Source: an uncultured Actinomycetes bacterium
Lineage (GTDB): Bacteria > Actinomycetota > Actinomycetes > Streptosporangiales > Streptosporangiaceae
Assembly: GCA_963849595.1 (NCBI GenBank)
Contig: CAWKIB010000060.1
Span: 16,860 to 80,859 of the forward strand
Direction: 5' to 3'
Length of the DNA stretch: 64,000 bases
A model generated the notes under the pieces. The model was not told the origin of the DNA and made no database searches. It saw only the letters and a program-made list of their open reading frames with translations. The position numbers and the translations under genes were made by a program. This document shows positions 53,980 to 64,000 of this stretch, in pieces; positions within the stretch are counted from its first letter, which is position 1; each line of letters opens with the position of its first letter.

Positions 53980-55142
53980 TACTGCTCCTTGGCCCGCTCG
54001 AGAAGATCCTCACGCGGATCCGCCCCGGCGGTCGCCTCACGCAGGTCCTCGATGGCGCTGCGTGCCTTGCTGTTCAGGTTCTGCGGCACCGTCACGTCGA
54101 CGGTGACGATCATCGCGCCGATGGTGCCGTCCTTGCGGCGGACCCCCTTGCCCGAGACCCGGAACTTGCTGCCGTTCGCGGTGCCCGGCGGGATCCGCAC
54201 CGTCACCGGCGCGCCCCGGTGCGCGGGCACCTTGACCTCCGCGCCCAGGGTGAGCTCGGCGAACGTCACCGGCACGGTCACGGTGAGGTTGTCCCCCGAC
54301 CGCCCGAACACCGGGTGCTGCTTGACGTGCACCCGGACGTACAGGTCGCCGGCGGCACCGCCGCGCTCGCCGGACGCGCCCTTGCCCGCGATCTTGATCC
54401 GCTGCCCGTCGGCCACCCCGGCCGGGATGCGGGTCTGGATGGTCCGTGAGCTCATCGCCCGCCCGCTGCCCGAGCACGCCGGGCACGGGTCATCGACCAC
54501 CATGCCGCGGCCCCGGCACTCCTTGCACGGTTCCGAGATCCCGAACGACCCCTGGTTCCGGCTCGACTGGCCGGTCCCGGCGCACACCGGGCAGACCTTG
54601 GGCACGGTGCCGGCCTTGGCCCCGGTGCCGCGACAGGTCGGGCACGGGCCCTCCCCGGTCAGCCGCAGCGCGACCGTGGTGCCGTCGATCGCGTCGCCGA
54701 AGCTCAGCGTGGTCTCGGTCTCCACGTCGGCGCCCCGGCGCGGCCGGTTCTGGGCCGTGTTCGTGCGGCCGCGGTTGAACACCCCGCCGAACAGGTCGCC
54801 CAGCCCGCCGGCCGCGTCGCCCGCCCCGCTGAAGATGTCGTTCAGGTCGAAGCCGCCGAAGCCCCCGGTGTTGGTCCGGGTCCCGGTCGGGACCCGGAAG
54901 CCGCCGCCGAACAGCGAGCGCGCCTCGTCGTACTCCTTGCGCCGCTTCTCGTCGGACAGCACGGAGTACGCCTCGGAGATCTCCTTGAAGCGCTCCTCGG
55001 CCTTGGCGTCGCCCTGGTTGGAGTCCGGGTGGTACTTGCGGGCCAGCTTGCGGTACGCCGTCTTGATCTCGGCGGGCTTCGCCGTCTTGGCGACCCCCAG
55101 GGTCTTGTAAAAATCCTTCTCGAGGTAGTCCTTGGTGCTCAT
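53979..55142 (-). CDS. dnaJ: molecular chaperone DnaJ
   Basis: Contains the J-domain (KDFYKTLGV..AYRKLARKYHPD), a G/F region and four CxxCxGxG repeats. The 387-aa ORF is intact. Confidence 0.95.
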   Translation of the reverse strand: MSTKDYLEKDFYKTLGVAKTAKPAEIKTAYRKLARKYHPDSNQGDAKAEERFKEISEAYSVLSDEKRRKEYDEARSLFGGGFRVPTGTRTNTGGFGGFDLNDIFSGAGDAAGGLGDLFGGVFNRGRTNTAQNRPRRGADVETETTLSFGDAIDGTTVALRLTGEGPCPTCRGTGAKAGTVPKVCPVCAGTGQSSRNQGSFGISEPCKECRGRGMVVDDPCPACSGSGRAMSSRTIQTRIPAGVADGQRIKIAGKGASGERGGAAGDLYVRVHVKQHPVFGRSGDNLTVTVPVTFAELTLGAEVKVPAHRGAPVTVRIPPGTANGSKFRVSGKGVRRKDGTIGAMIVTVDVTVPQNLNSKARSAIEDLREATAGADPREDLLERAKEQ

Positions 55143-55285
55143 TTTTGGTCTCCGCTCGCTGTGTCCTCCCGCTCGCGTCCGGGGCGCTCTTAACGCGCTG
55201 CCTTACCTCGTCGCTTTCGCTTCTCGGTCCAGGCAGCGCCGCGCCCCTTTGGCTCGCGGGGGCTGCGGCTCGACTCCACCTCGGG

Positions 55286-56140
55286 TCAGCTTTCTTCCTC
55301 ACCGTCGGACCAGGTGGCCTCGTTGCTGCTGCCGTCCGGGCCGGTGGCCGGCTCGGCGACCGCGACCCGGGCCGGACGCAGGATCTTCTCGCCCACCTTG
55401 TAGCCGGGCTGGAAGATCTCGACGCACGTGTCCTCGGTGACGTCAGGTGAATAGGTGGCGCTCAGCGCCTCGTGGATCTTGGGGTCGAACACGTCGCCCT
55501 TCTCGCCGTAGGCCACCAGGCCGAGTTTGCCCACCGCCGACTGCAGTGAGTCGGCCACGGACTTGAACCCGCCGGACAGCTCGCCGTGCTCGCGCGCCTG
55601 GTTGATCGCGTCCAGGACCGGGAGCAGCCCGGTCAGCACGGTCGCGACCGCCTGCTCGCGCACGGCGGCCCGGTCCCGGTCCACGCGCTTGCGGTAGTTC
55701 GCGTACTCGGCCTGCAGGCGCTGCAGGTCGGCGGTGCGCTCCGCGAGCCGCGCCTCGGCGTCGGACTGCTTCTGGCTGCTCACGGGCGTGTCCTCGACGA
55801 TCCCCTCCAGGACCTCTTCGGTCGCGTCGGCCGTCCCGGCCTCGTCCGGTCCGTTCTTGGCGTCAGCCGCCCCGGAAGCTCGCCCCGGAGGCGCCGCCCG
55901 CGGAACCGGAGCCGGTCCCGGACGAGCCGGAACCGGACGAGCCGGAGCCGGTCCCGGACGAGCCGGTCCCGGACGAGCCGGACCCGGTCCCGGACGAGCC
56001 GGGCCCGGCCAGCCTGCCGGCACCAGTGGTGCCGGCCGGCTTGGATGCCGCGTGCTTCCCCCGAACCTGCCCGGTGACCGGATCGATCCGCCGGTGATCG
56101 TGGATGACCGGGCCGGAGCCCGTCTCCTCGGATGCTGGCA

Positions 56141-56141
<1 letters not shown>
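55286..56141 (-). pseudogene. grpE: nucleotide-exchange factor GrpE with a Gly/Ser-rich N-terminal extension; one frame break near 55865
   Basis: The core is DLQRLQAEYANYRKRVDRD...LLPVLDAIN..FDPKIHEA. The start ATG at 56141 overlaps the dnaK stop. The N-terminal piece is ORF 55863..56141. Confidence 0.9.
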
Positions 56142-58009
<1,868 letters not shown>

Positions 58010-58032
58010 GAGCAGTCCTTGTGTGTGTTGAA

Positions 58033-58053
58033 GTTGAGTAATCCGTGCCCAAG
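58033..58053. promoter_or_regulatory. HAIR-like HspR operator (GTTGAGT-N7-GCCCAAG) upstream of dnaK
   Basis: It resembles the HspR-associated inverted repeat CTTGAGT-N7-ACTCAAG and lies 24 bp upstream of the dnaK start. Confidence 0.55.
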
Positions 58054-58084
58054 CATGCCAGCAGGGATTTCCGCCGTCAAATGA

Positions 58085-58105
58085 CTTGAGTCACTTAGGC
58101 TCAAC
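58085..58105. promoter_or_regulatory. HAIR-like HspR operator (CTTGAGT-N7-GCTCAAC) upstream of dnaK
   Basis: The first half-site matches the consensus exactly and the second matches 5 of 7 positions. It lies about 76 bp upstream of the dnaK start. Confidence 0.65.
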
Positions 58106-58329
58106 TTCTCAGAGCCCCGGATGATTCCCGTTCCCGCCGGAAAACTCTCACCCGTATCCTGCTGCCGGGAGCCGACCCGGAAGGCCCGCCCAGCCCTAGC
58201 GATTAACGCCCGTCCAGCCGATCCCATGCCGGGCGTCCAGCCCTCAATCATTCACCAAGTGCCACCCTCCCGAGTCGAGGCACGCCACGCGGCTACGCTT
58301 GAACTTCCAATCTTTCCCAGGAGGTTCGA

Positions 58330-60481
58330 GTGGTCCTGCGAATTGTCGTCGGCCTGGTGCTGACCGCGGTGGCGTTCGCGGTGGCCGGGCGCCGGCTCTG
58401 GTGGCTGAAGCGGCTGGCGCTCAGCGGGCAGCCCGCCCCCGACCGGATCGAGGCCGCGCGGGCCCACCTGGGCCGGGACCTGGAGACGCAGGCCACCGAG
58501 GTGATCGGGCAGCGCAAGCTGCTCAAGTGGTCGGTGCCCGGCGCGGCGCACGCCGCCACGTTCTGGGGCTTCATCGTGCTGGTGCTGACCATCATCGAGG
58601 TCTACGGCGACCTGTTCTCCCGCACCTTCGCCATCCCCGGCATCGGCCACTGGGCCGGCCATCGGCTTCATCGAGGACCTGTTCAGCCGTCGGCGTCCTG
58701 GCCGGCATCATCACCTTCACCGTGATCCGCCTCCGCAACAACCCGCACAAGGAAGGCCGCAGATCACGGTTCTTCGGCTCCCACACCGGCGCCGCCTGGG
58801 TCGTCCTGGGCATGATCTTCCTGGTCATCGCCACCCTGCTGCTGTACCGCGGCGCCCAGATCAACACCGGCGTGTTCCCCTACGCCCACGGCGCCTTCGC
58901 CAGCCAGATCGTCGGCCACTGGCTCCGCCCGCTCGGCTACGGGGTCAACAGCGTCCTGGAGGTGGTCTTCATCCTGGCCCAGATCGGCGTGATCATGGCC
59001 TTCGCCGTCATCGTGGTCTACTCCAAGCACCTGCACATCGCGCTGGCCCCGGTGAACATCCTGTTCTCCCGGCGCCCGAACGCCCTGGGCGCCCTGGAGC
59101 CGATGCGCAGCAACGGCAAGGTGCTGGACTTCGAGGAGGCCGACCCGGACACCGACGTGTTCGGCCTGGGCAAGATCGAGGACTTCACCTGGAAGGGCCT
59201 GCTGGACATGGCCACCTGCACCGAGTGCGGGCGGTGCCAGTCGCAGTGCCCGGCCTGGGCCACCGGCAAGCCGCTGTCGCCCAAGCAGGTCATCCTGGAC
59301 CTGCGTGACCACGCCTTCGCCAAGGCCCCGTACCTGCTGGCCGCCTCCGACGAGGAACGCGAGAAGCTGCCGGAAGCCGTCAAGGCCGAGGCCGAACGCC
59401 CCCTGGTCGGCAAGGACGGCGGCGTCATCGACCCCGACGTGATCTGGTCGTGCACGAACTGCGGGGCGTGCGTGGAGGAGTGCCCGGTCGACATCGAGCA
59501 CATCGACCACATCGACGGCATGCGCCGCTACCAGGTGCTGATCGAGTCCGCGTTCCCGGTCGAGGCGGCCGGCATGCTGAAGAACCTGGAGAACAAGGGC
59601 GACCCGTGGGGGATGGGCGCAGGCCCGCCGCGCCGACTGGATCGACCGAGCTCGACTTCGAGGTCCCGGTCGCGGACGGCAAGATCGAGCCCGACATGGA
59701 GTACCTGTTCTGGGTCGGCTGCGCCGGTGCCCTGGAGGACCGGGCCCGCAAGACCACCAAGGCCATCGCCACCCTGCTGCACACCGCCGGGGTCAAGTTC
59801 GCGGTGCTCGGCCCGGCCGAGACCTGCACCGGCGACCCGGCCCGCCGGATCGGCAACGAGTTCGTGCTTCTCCATGCTGGCCCAGCAGAACATCGAGACC
59901 CTCAACGAGGCCGCGCCGAAGACGATCGTCGCGTCAGCTGCCCGCACTGCTTCAACACCATCGCCAACGAGTACCCCCAGTTCGGCGGCACCTACGAGGT
60001 CATCCACCACACCCAGCTGCTGGCCCGCCTGGTCGAGCAGGGCAAGCTCACCCCGACCCAGCGGGTCGAGGAGAAGCTCACCTACCACGACCCCTGCTTC
60101 CTGGGCCGGCACAACAAGGTCTACACCCCGCCCCGCGAGATCCTCGAGGCCGTCCCGGGGGTACGGGCCGAAGAGATGCACCGCTGCAAGGAGCGCGGCT
60201 TCTGCTGCGGCGCGGGCGGCGCCCGGATGTGGATGGAAGAGCGCATCGGCAAGCGGATCAACACCGAGCGGATCGAGGAGGCGCTGGCCCTGTCCCCGGA
60301 CACCATCTCCACCGCCTGCCCGTACTGCCTGGTCATGCTCGGCGACGCGGTCAGCGCCAAGAAGGCCTCCGGCGAAGCCAAGGAAACCCTCGAGGTCGTC
60401 GACGTCGCCCAGCTGCTGGCCCGCTCCGTTACTCCCGCCGTCACCCCCGCCGAGAGCGGGCCAGGCACCGCGGCGGGCTGA
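58330..60481 (+). pseudogene. membrane-bound (Fe-S)-binding reductase (HdrD/GlpC-like, Rv0338c-like); about 4 frame breaks
   Basis: It has N-terminal TM helices, two 4Fe-4S motifs (CTECGRCQSQCP; CTNCGACVEECP) and two CCG domains (CPHCFNTI..; DPCFLGRH..CCGAGG..CPYCLVML). Confidence 0.8.
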
Positions 60482-60500
60482 CCGTCCGTAGCCTTTTCAT

Positions 60501-61166
60501 TTATCCGAACGGCCCGTGGTGCCCCAGTCCGCCAGACCACGCAGGCTCCTCGGGGTCGACGCTGTCCGTCTCGCCGTCGTTGAGGAAGGGCCAGGCCGCG
60601 ATGACCTCACCAGGCGGCCCGGGTGGCAGGCGCCGGATGACCTCCAGCACGACCATGTGCGCGTAGCGCGCGCTGGCCACCACGCGGACGTCGCTGGCCC
60701 AGCACGCGGCGCGCAGGATGTCCCGGGCCCCTTCCAGGTCGCCGTGGGTGATCCCGGCCCGGCACCACAGCGTGACCCGTTCCCCGAACCCGGCCGGCGT
60801 CGTGAACAGAACGACCGGCAGCCTGCCGTCCCGGGTCTGCACCCAGGCGTGCCGGCAGCCGGTCCGGACCCGGTGCGGGGTGATGACGCACCAGACCCGC
60901 GCGACCAGCCGCCGCCGCGACGGCGGCCAGGCCAGCCCGGCCGCCAGCAGGACCAGCCCGACGGTCGCGAGCGCGATGAGCCAGGCCGCCCCGAGCGCGT
61001 ACCCGCTGGCCAGCCCGACCGCCCCCAGCCCGGCCGACAAGCCGAGCTCGTACCGCCAGTTCCAGATCAGCCCGAAGATCCCCGGCCGCGCCACACTGGA
61101 CAGAGCCGTCTCCACGCTGGCCATGACGCTCGGGTCGTTCGGCCGCCGCGGCCGTCCCGAGGCCAT
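60501..61166 (-). CDS. hypothetical membrane protein (two TM helices, then a conserved soluble domain RVWCVITPHRVRTGC...LWCRAGITHGDL)
   Basis: The ATG at 61166 has a GGAGGTGA RBS and lies 2 nt after the stop of the upstream gene. I cannot name the family with confidence. It resembles proteins seen on actinomycete conjugative elements (recollection only). Confidence 0.4.
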   Translation of the reverse strand: MASGRPRRPNDPSVMASVETALSSVARPGIFGLIWNWRYELGLSAGLGAVGLASGYALGAAWLIALATVGLVLLAAGLAWPPSRRRLVARVWCVITPHRVRTGCRHAWVQTRDGRLPVVLFTTPAGFGERVTLWCRAGITHGDLEGARDILRAACWASDVRVVASARYAHMVVLEVIRRLPPGPPGEVIAAWPFLNDGETDSVDPEEPAWSGGLGHHGPFG

Positions 61167-61168
61167 GG

Positions 61169-61477
61169 CTAGCTCACCTCCCCGAGGGCGATCCGCCCCG
61201 TGCCCAGGCACGGCCCGCACGGCGCGTCGGCGCATACCCCCGCTCCCGCGCATTGAGCGCACGCGGCGAGCGTGTCGAACCGGATGGCGCGATACCTCCG
61301 GCCGAGGCCGCCGTGCGTCTTGGTGATCTGCCAGCCGCGCCAGTACGCCTCGGTGTCGTTCATCGCGAACCACCGGTCACCCCAGCGCCGCAGGAGGTAG
61401 GCCAGCCAGTCCACGCCCATCACGAAGACCAGCGCGTCCCGGACCCGGCTCCCCGTGCGCTCCCTGACCAGCGCCAC
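61169..61477 (-). CDS. small protein with two DnaJ-type zinc-finger motifs (CAQCAGAG, CGPCLGTG); alternative start ATG at 61420
   Basis: ..WFAMNDTEAYWRGWQITKTHGGLGRRYRAIRFDTLAACAQCAGAGVCADAPCGPCLGTG. The long track ORF (to 62152) only continues through the duplicated non-coding sequence. Confidence 0.5.
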   Translation of the reverse strand: MALVRERTGSRVRDALVFVMGVDWLAYLLRRWGDRWFAMNDTEAYWRGWQITKTHGGLGRRYRAIRFDTLAACAQCAGAGVCADAPCGPCLGTGRIALGEVS

Positions 61478-62032
61478 CGCGGGCGGCCGCGGCCGCGGGG
61501 GGTTGTGATTACCTGCGTAGTTGCTAATGTTGATCACATCGCTAGCCCTTCTAGCTCGGTCCAGAGCCTGGGTGGTGTTCCGTCGGGTCGGTGTTGCAGC
61601 ACCGGCCCGTCGGCGTGTCTGGGCTATCGCGCAGTGGGTAACTGGCGGCATCCCAGATCGGTTTCGTGTCGGCCGCGGATGTCGTGCCACGGCCCGTGCG
61701 CATGCGCACCGGGGAAGCGAACGAAAAAGGGGGGGGACCAGCGCGTCCCGCACCCGGCGGCCCGCGCGCTCCCTGACCAGCGCCACCGTGGGCGGCCGCG
61801 GCCGCGCGGGGTTGTCATTACCTGTGTAGTTGCTAATGTTGATCACATCGCTAGCCCTTTCAGCTCGGTCCAGAGCCTGGGTGGTGTTCCGTCGGGTCGG
61901 TGTTGCAGCACCGGCCCGTCGGCGTGTCCGGGCTGCCGCGCAGTGGGTAACTGGCGGCAGCCCAGATCGGTTTCGTGTCGGCCGCGGATGTCGTGCCACG
62001 GCCCGTGCGCATGCGCACCGGGGAAGCGAACG
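61431..62032. repeat. tandem duplication of a 293-bp segment (61431-61723 and 61740-62032, about 95% identical, 16-bp junction AAAAAGGGGGGGGACC)
   Basis: Direct comparison shows about 15 differences. Each copy carries the first ~16 codons of the Zn-finger gene, an AT-rich box (TAGTTGCTAATGTTGATCACATCGCTAGC) and a perfect 14-bp palindrome GTGCGCATGCGCAC (61696-61709 and 62005-62018). Confidence 0.95.
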
Positions 62033-62158
62033 TGGTTTTCGCGGGCTTGCAGATATGGCAGCGCCGTCCCCTCCTCGCGTGCCGGGTGCCTTGTGCCGGG
62101 CGAGTTCGTCCGCCCGGCGCGCCCCTGTTGAACTGGCACGCGATCTGCCCATACTGAT

Positions 62159-62317
62159 CTATAAATTCCTTGGCGGAACCTGGCCCCGGTGAAGGGCTCG
62201 CGGGAGATTATCATCGAGGATTGGAATCTTTCGTGAGCAGCGCCCGACGAAGAAGCCGAATACGCCTAGGATGAATGAACAGATCGGCAATAGAGCTGTG
62301 TAAATTGCGATAGCCAT
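62159..62317 (-). CDS. candidate 52-aa hydrophobic peptide (MAIAIYTALLPICSFILGVFGFFVGRCSRK...)
   Basis: It has an ATG with a GAAGG RBS-like sequence and one predicted TM helix. It lies in a lower-GC stretch, divergent from the XRE-family gene. Third-codon positions are A/T-rich, which is atypical for this genome, so coding status is uncertain. Confidence 0.25.
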   Translation of the reverse strand: MAIAIYTALLPICSFILGVFGFFVGRCSRKIPILDDNLPRALHRGQVPPRNL

Positions 62318-62578
62318 GACATTCGCCTTCGTCCTGCAGGGCCTGTGATGCCACCTGAGCTCCTGATCCGTGCCTAGCAGGAGTCTCAGTTGACAGATCA
62401 GGCCTATCGTCCGGGTGATCTCAGGCAACCGTTTCGGTGTGATGTCCGGTAGGGGATCGGACAACTCCGGTCTGGCCGCCGCCAGCCTGCACCCAACGCC
62501 GGACGGCCCCTGTCGACGCCTCGTACCTGGCCGTACACTCGGGGACAATAGCGGACACCTGCGGACAGGGACCCAGAC

Positions 62579-63661
62579 GTGGACGACGCGTCAGATACCG
62601 AGCATCTCGATCTGGCGTCGGTGAGCACCCGCAGCGAACTGGTCGAGTTCTTGCGGATCGTCCACCTCAGAGCCGATAAGCCCTCGTTCCGGTCACTGGA
62701 GACACTGACCCGCCACGACCTGACTCCGCTGTCCAAGACTGTTGTCTCCGAGATGCTCCGGGGCGTCCGGTTCCCTAGGAAGGCCGTCATGGTCAGCTTT
62801 CTCCGGGCCTGCGGAGTACCTCACGACCAGGTGGCAGAGTGGTCACGCGTGTGGGAGAGAATCGCCGCACCATACTCCGGCAGCTCCCGGCAAGACAGTC
62901 CCGATGATGCGACTGCGGACGGCGCCAGCGCCGAGCGCTTGGCGGATATCGTGAATCCCCAGATTGAACTGCTCCGCGGCCAGATCGACAAGCTCGATGC
63001 GGATAATCGGCGACTCCGATTGCAATTGGCCAGGCAGTCGGCTTGGTGGGAGTCTTATGACCTTAGCTATGAGACTTTGGTCGGCCTGGAGGCCGACGCT
63101 CTGACCATCTCTGCCTTCCAGTCATCGGTGGTGCACGGCTTGCTGCAGACCGCAGAGTACGCACGGGCCGGGCATGAGGGCGCCATTCCCAGATTCAGCC
63201 CGGAACAGATCGAGATGCAGATCGAGGCCAAACTCATCCGCCAGACAATCCTGGTCCGTGACCACCCGCCCCAGTTCGCCGTGGTGCTGGATGAGGCGGC
63301 CTTGCGTCGGCTGGTCGGCGGGCGCCTAGTCATGGCAGCGCAACTGGCCAAGATCCTGGAGATGTCAGTCCTGCCTAACGTCGTCGTGCAGGTTCTCCCG
63401 TTCGAACAGGGTGCACACCCAGGCCTCGAGACCAACTTTACCGTGCTCGAACTGCCAAACCCGGCCCCTGACGTGGTGTATATAGAAGGACTTATGGGTT
63501 CCATCTACCTGGAGCGCCGAGACGATCTCAAAAGATCTCACGAGGTGTTCAGTAGGCTGCAATCGATCGCGCTAAGCCCAGAAGACACCGCTAGCTGGAT
63601 TAGTCATGAACAACAGAAGGTAACAGGAGGATCCGGTGCCCCTACCCGATCAGATGGCTAG
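62579..63661 (+). CDS. XRE-type HTH regulator with C-terminal DUF5753 domain (WhiJ-like), carrying an extended N-terminal HTH + coiled-coil region
   Basis: The C-terminal part (LEADALTISAFQSSVVHGLLQTAEYARA...LDEAALRR.VGG..VMAAQL..ILE....NVVVQVLPF..GAHPG) is the DUF5753 pattern. The N-terminus is SELVEFLRIVHLRADKPSFRSLE...SEMLRGVRFPRKAVMVSFLRACGVP. A DUF397 gene follows. Confidence 0.75.
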   Translation: MDDASDTEHLDLASVSTRSELVEFLRIVHLRADKPSFRSLETLTRHDLTPLSKTVVSEMLRGVRFPRKAVMVSFLRACGVPHDQVAEWSRVWERIAAPYSGSSRQDSPDDATADGASAERLADIVNPQIELLRGQIDKLDADNRRLRLQLARQSAWWESYDLSYETLVGLEADALTISAFQSSVVHGLLQTAEYARAGHEGAIPRFSPEQIEMQIEAKLIRQTILVRDHPPQFAVVLDEAALRRLVGGRLVMAAQLAKILEMSVLPNVVVQVLPFEQGAHPGLETNFTVLELPNPAPDVVYIEGLMGSIYLERRDDLKRSHEVFSRLQSIALSPEDTASWISHEQQKVTGGSGAPTRSDG

Positions 63662-63863
63662 CGATTACCCCTGGCGAAAGGCAAGGCGTAGCGCCAACGA
63701 TGGGGCTTGCGTCGAAGTGGCGCTCGTAAACGGCCAGATTGCCGTCCGCGATTCCAAGGATCCTGCTGGCTGCTGGCTGCGGTACCCGGTGCGATCATGG
63801 CGCGACTTCACCTCGAGCCTCAAGATCGAGGCGTACTCGTCGGCTCAGACCTTCGCGCGATAA
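63636..63863 (+). CDS. DUF397-domain protein (BldB-like); the likely true start is the ATG at 63654
   Basis: [46 protein letters not shown] matches the DUF397 pattern (WRKSS.S....CVEVA....V.VRDSKDP). It overlaps the stop of the regulator gene. Confidence 0.8.
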   Translation: MPLPDQMASDYPWRKARRSANDGACVEVALVNGQIAVRDSKDPAGCWLRYPVRSWRDFTSSLKIEAYSSAQTFAR

Positions 63864-64000
63864 AAGTTCAGGTAGGAGCGCGATGGCGTCGGGCCGCGCT
63901 GGTCTTGGTACCTGGAACCATAAACAGACGAGCCATAGGGATGCTCGGCGGGCGAACTGGTGCGGAACAGGCATAGCTGGCCGATCTTCATGCCCGGCCA
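63845..64000 (-). CDS. 3' end of an unidentified gene that enters from beyond the window
   Basis: The minus-strand frame is open from the window edge (..[51 protein letters not shown]) to the TGA at 63845-63847. I did not recognise a family. Confidence 0.3.
   Translation of the reverse strand, partial: WPGMKIGQLCLFRTSSPAEHPYGSSVYGSRYQDQRGPTPSRSYLNFYRAKV

Noticed and set aside
61560-61700. A tRNA-like or att-site sequence inside the 293-bp repeat, as the possible integration site of a mobile element.
   Set aside because: No cloverleaf can be drawn. There is no GTTCGAATC-type T-loop and no D-arm pairing on either strand.
61169-62152. The 327-aa ORF as a genuine repeat-containing protein.
   Set aside because: Its N-terminal two-thirds simply read through the two copies of the 293-bp duplication. 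The composition there is Arg/Pro/Ala-rich with no motifs. Only the last ~100 residues (the zinc-finger protein) look like real coding sequence, and that part has its own GTG/ATG starts.

Overview
This is a high-GC (about 70%) actinobacterial chromosomal segment made up mostly of core genes. The gene order resembles the mycobacterial helicase/MarP/EphE neighbourhood, the Fe-S reductase / dnaK-grpE-dnaJ-hspR / purA / fba / pyrE / clpB neighbourhood, and the Streptomyces bldG region. A WhiJ/BldB-type gene pair at the right end suggests a filamentous actinomycete.

I can support about 55 protein genes, one sRNA (6C family), HspR operator sites and several tandem repeats. I recognised no rRNA, tRNA, CRISPR array, transposase or integrase.

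Caveat on gene models: roughly half of the genes are interrupted by single-base frame switches, including essential genes such as fba, grpE, purB, serB and clpB. The breaks are patchy; for example, 19.6-29.6 kb has none. The protein sequence stays well conserved across the breaks, so I read most of them as assembly indels rather than real decay. I still label these genes pseudogene 'as assembled'.

Most interesting observations:
- A soluble PRC-barrel + MgtE_N + CBS protein is translationally coupled to an Nramp-family transporter. The transporter's metal-site motifs are non-canonical (DAGG and APW instead of DPGN and MPH), as in the Mg-transporting NRMT clade.
- Two convergent paralogous modules of an APC-superfamily permease plus an OB-fold domain sit next to a KdpD-like/KdpE pair that has no adjacent kdpFABC. 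The two parts are fused in one copy and separated by a single in-frame TGA in the other.
- A 6C sRNA candidate lies in a 1.1 kb ORF-free gap.
- At the right end there is a lower-GC accessory region containing a 293-bp tandem duplication, a small hydrophobic ORF and an atypical WhiJ-like regulator.
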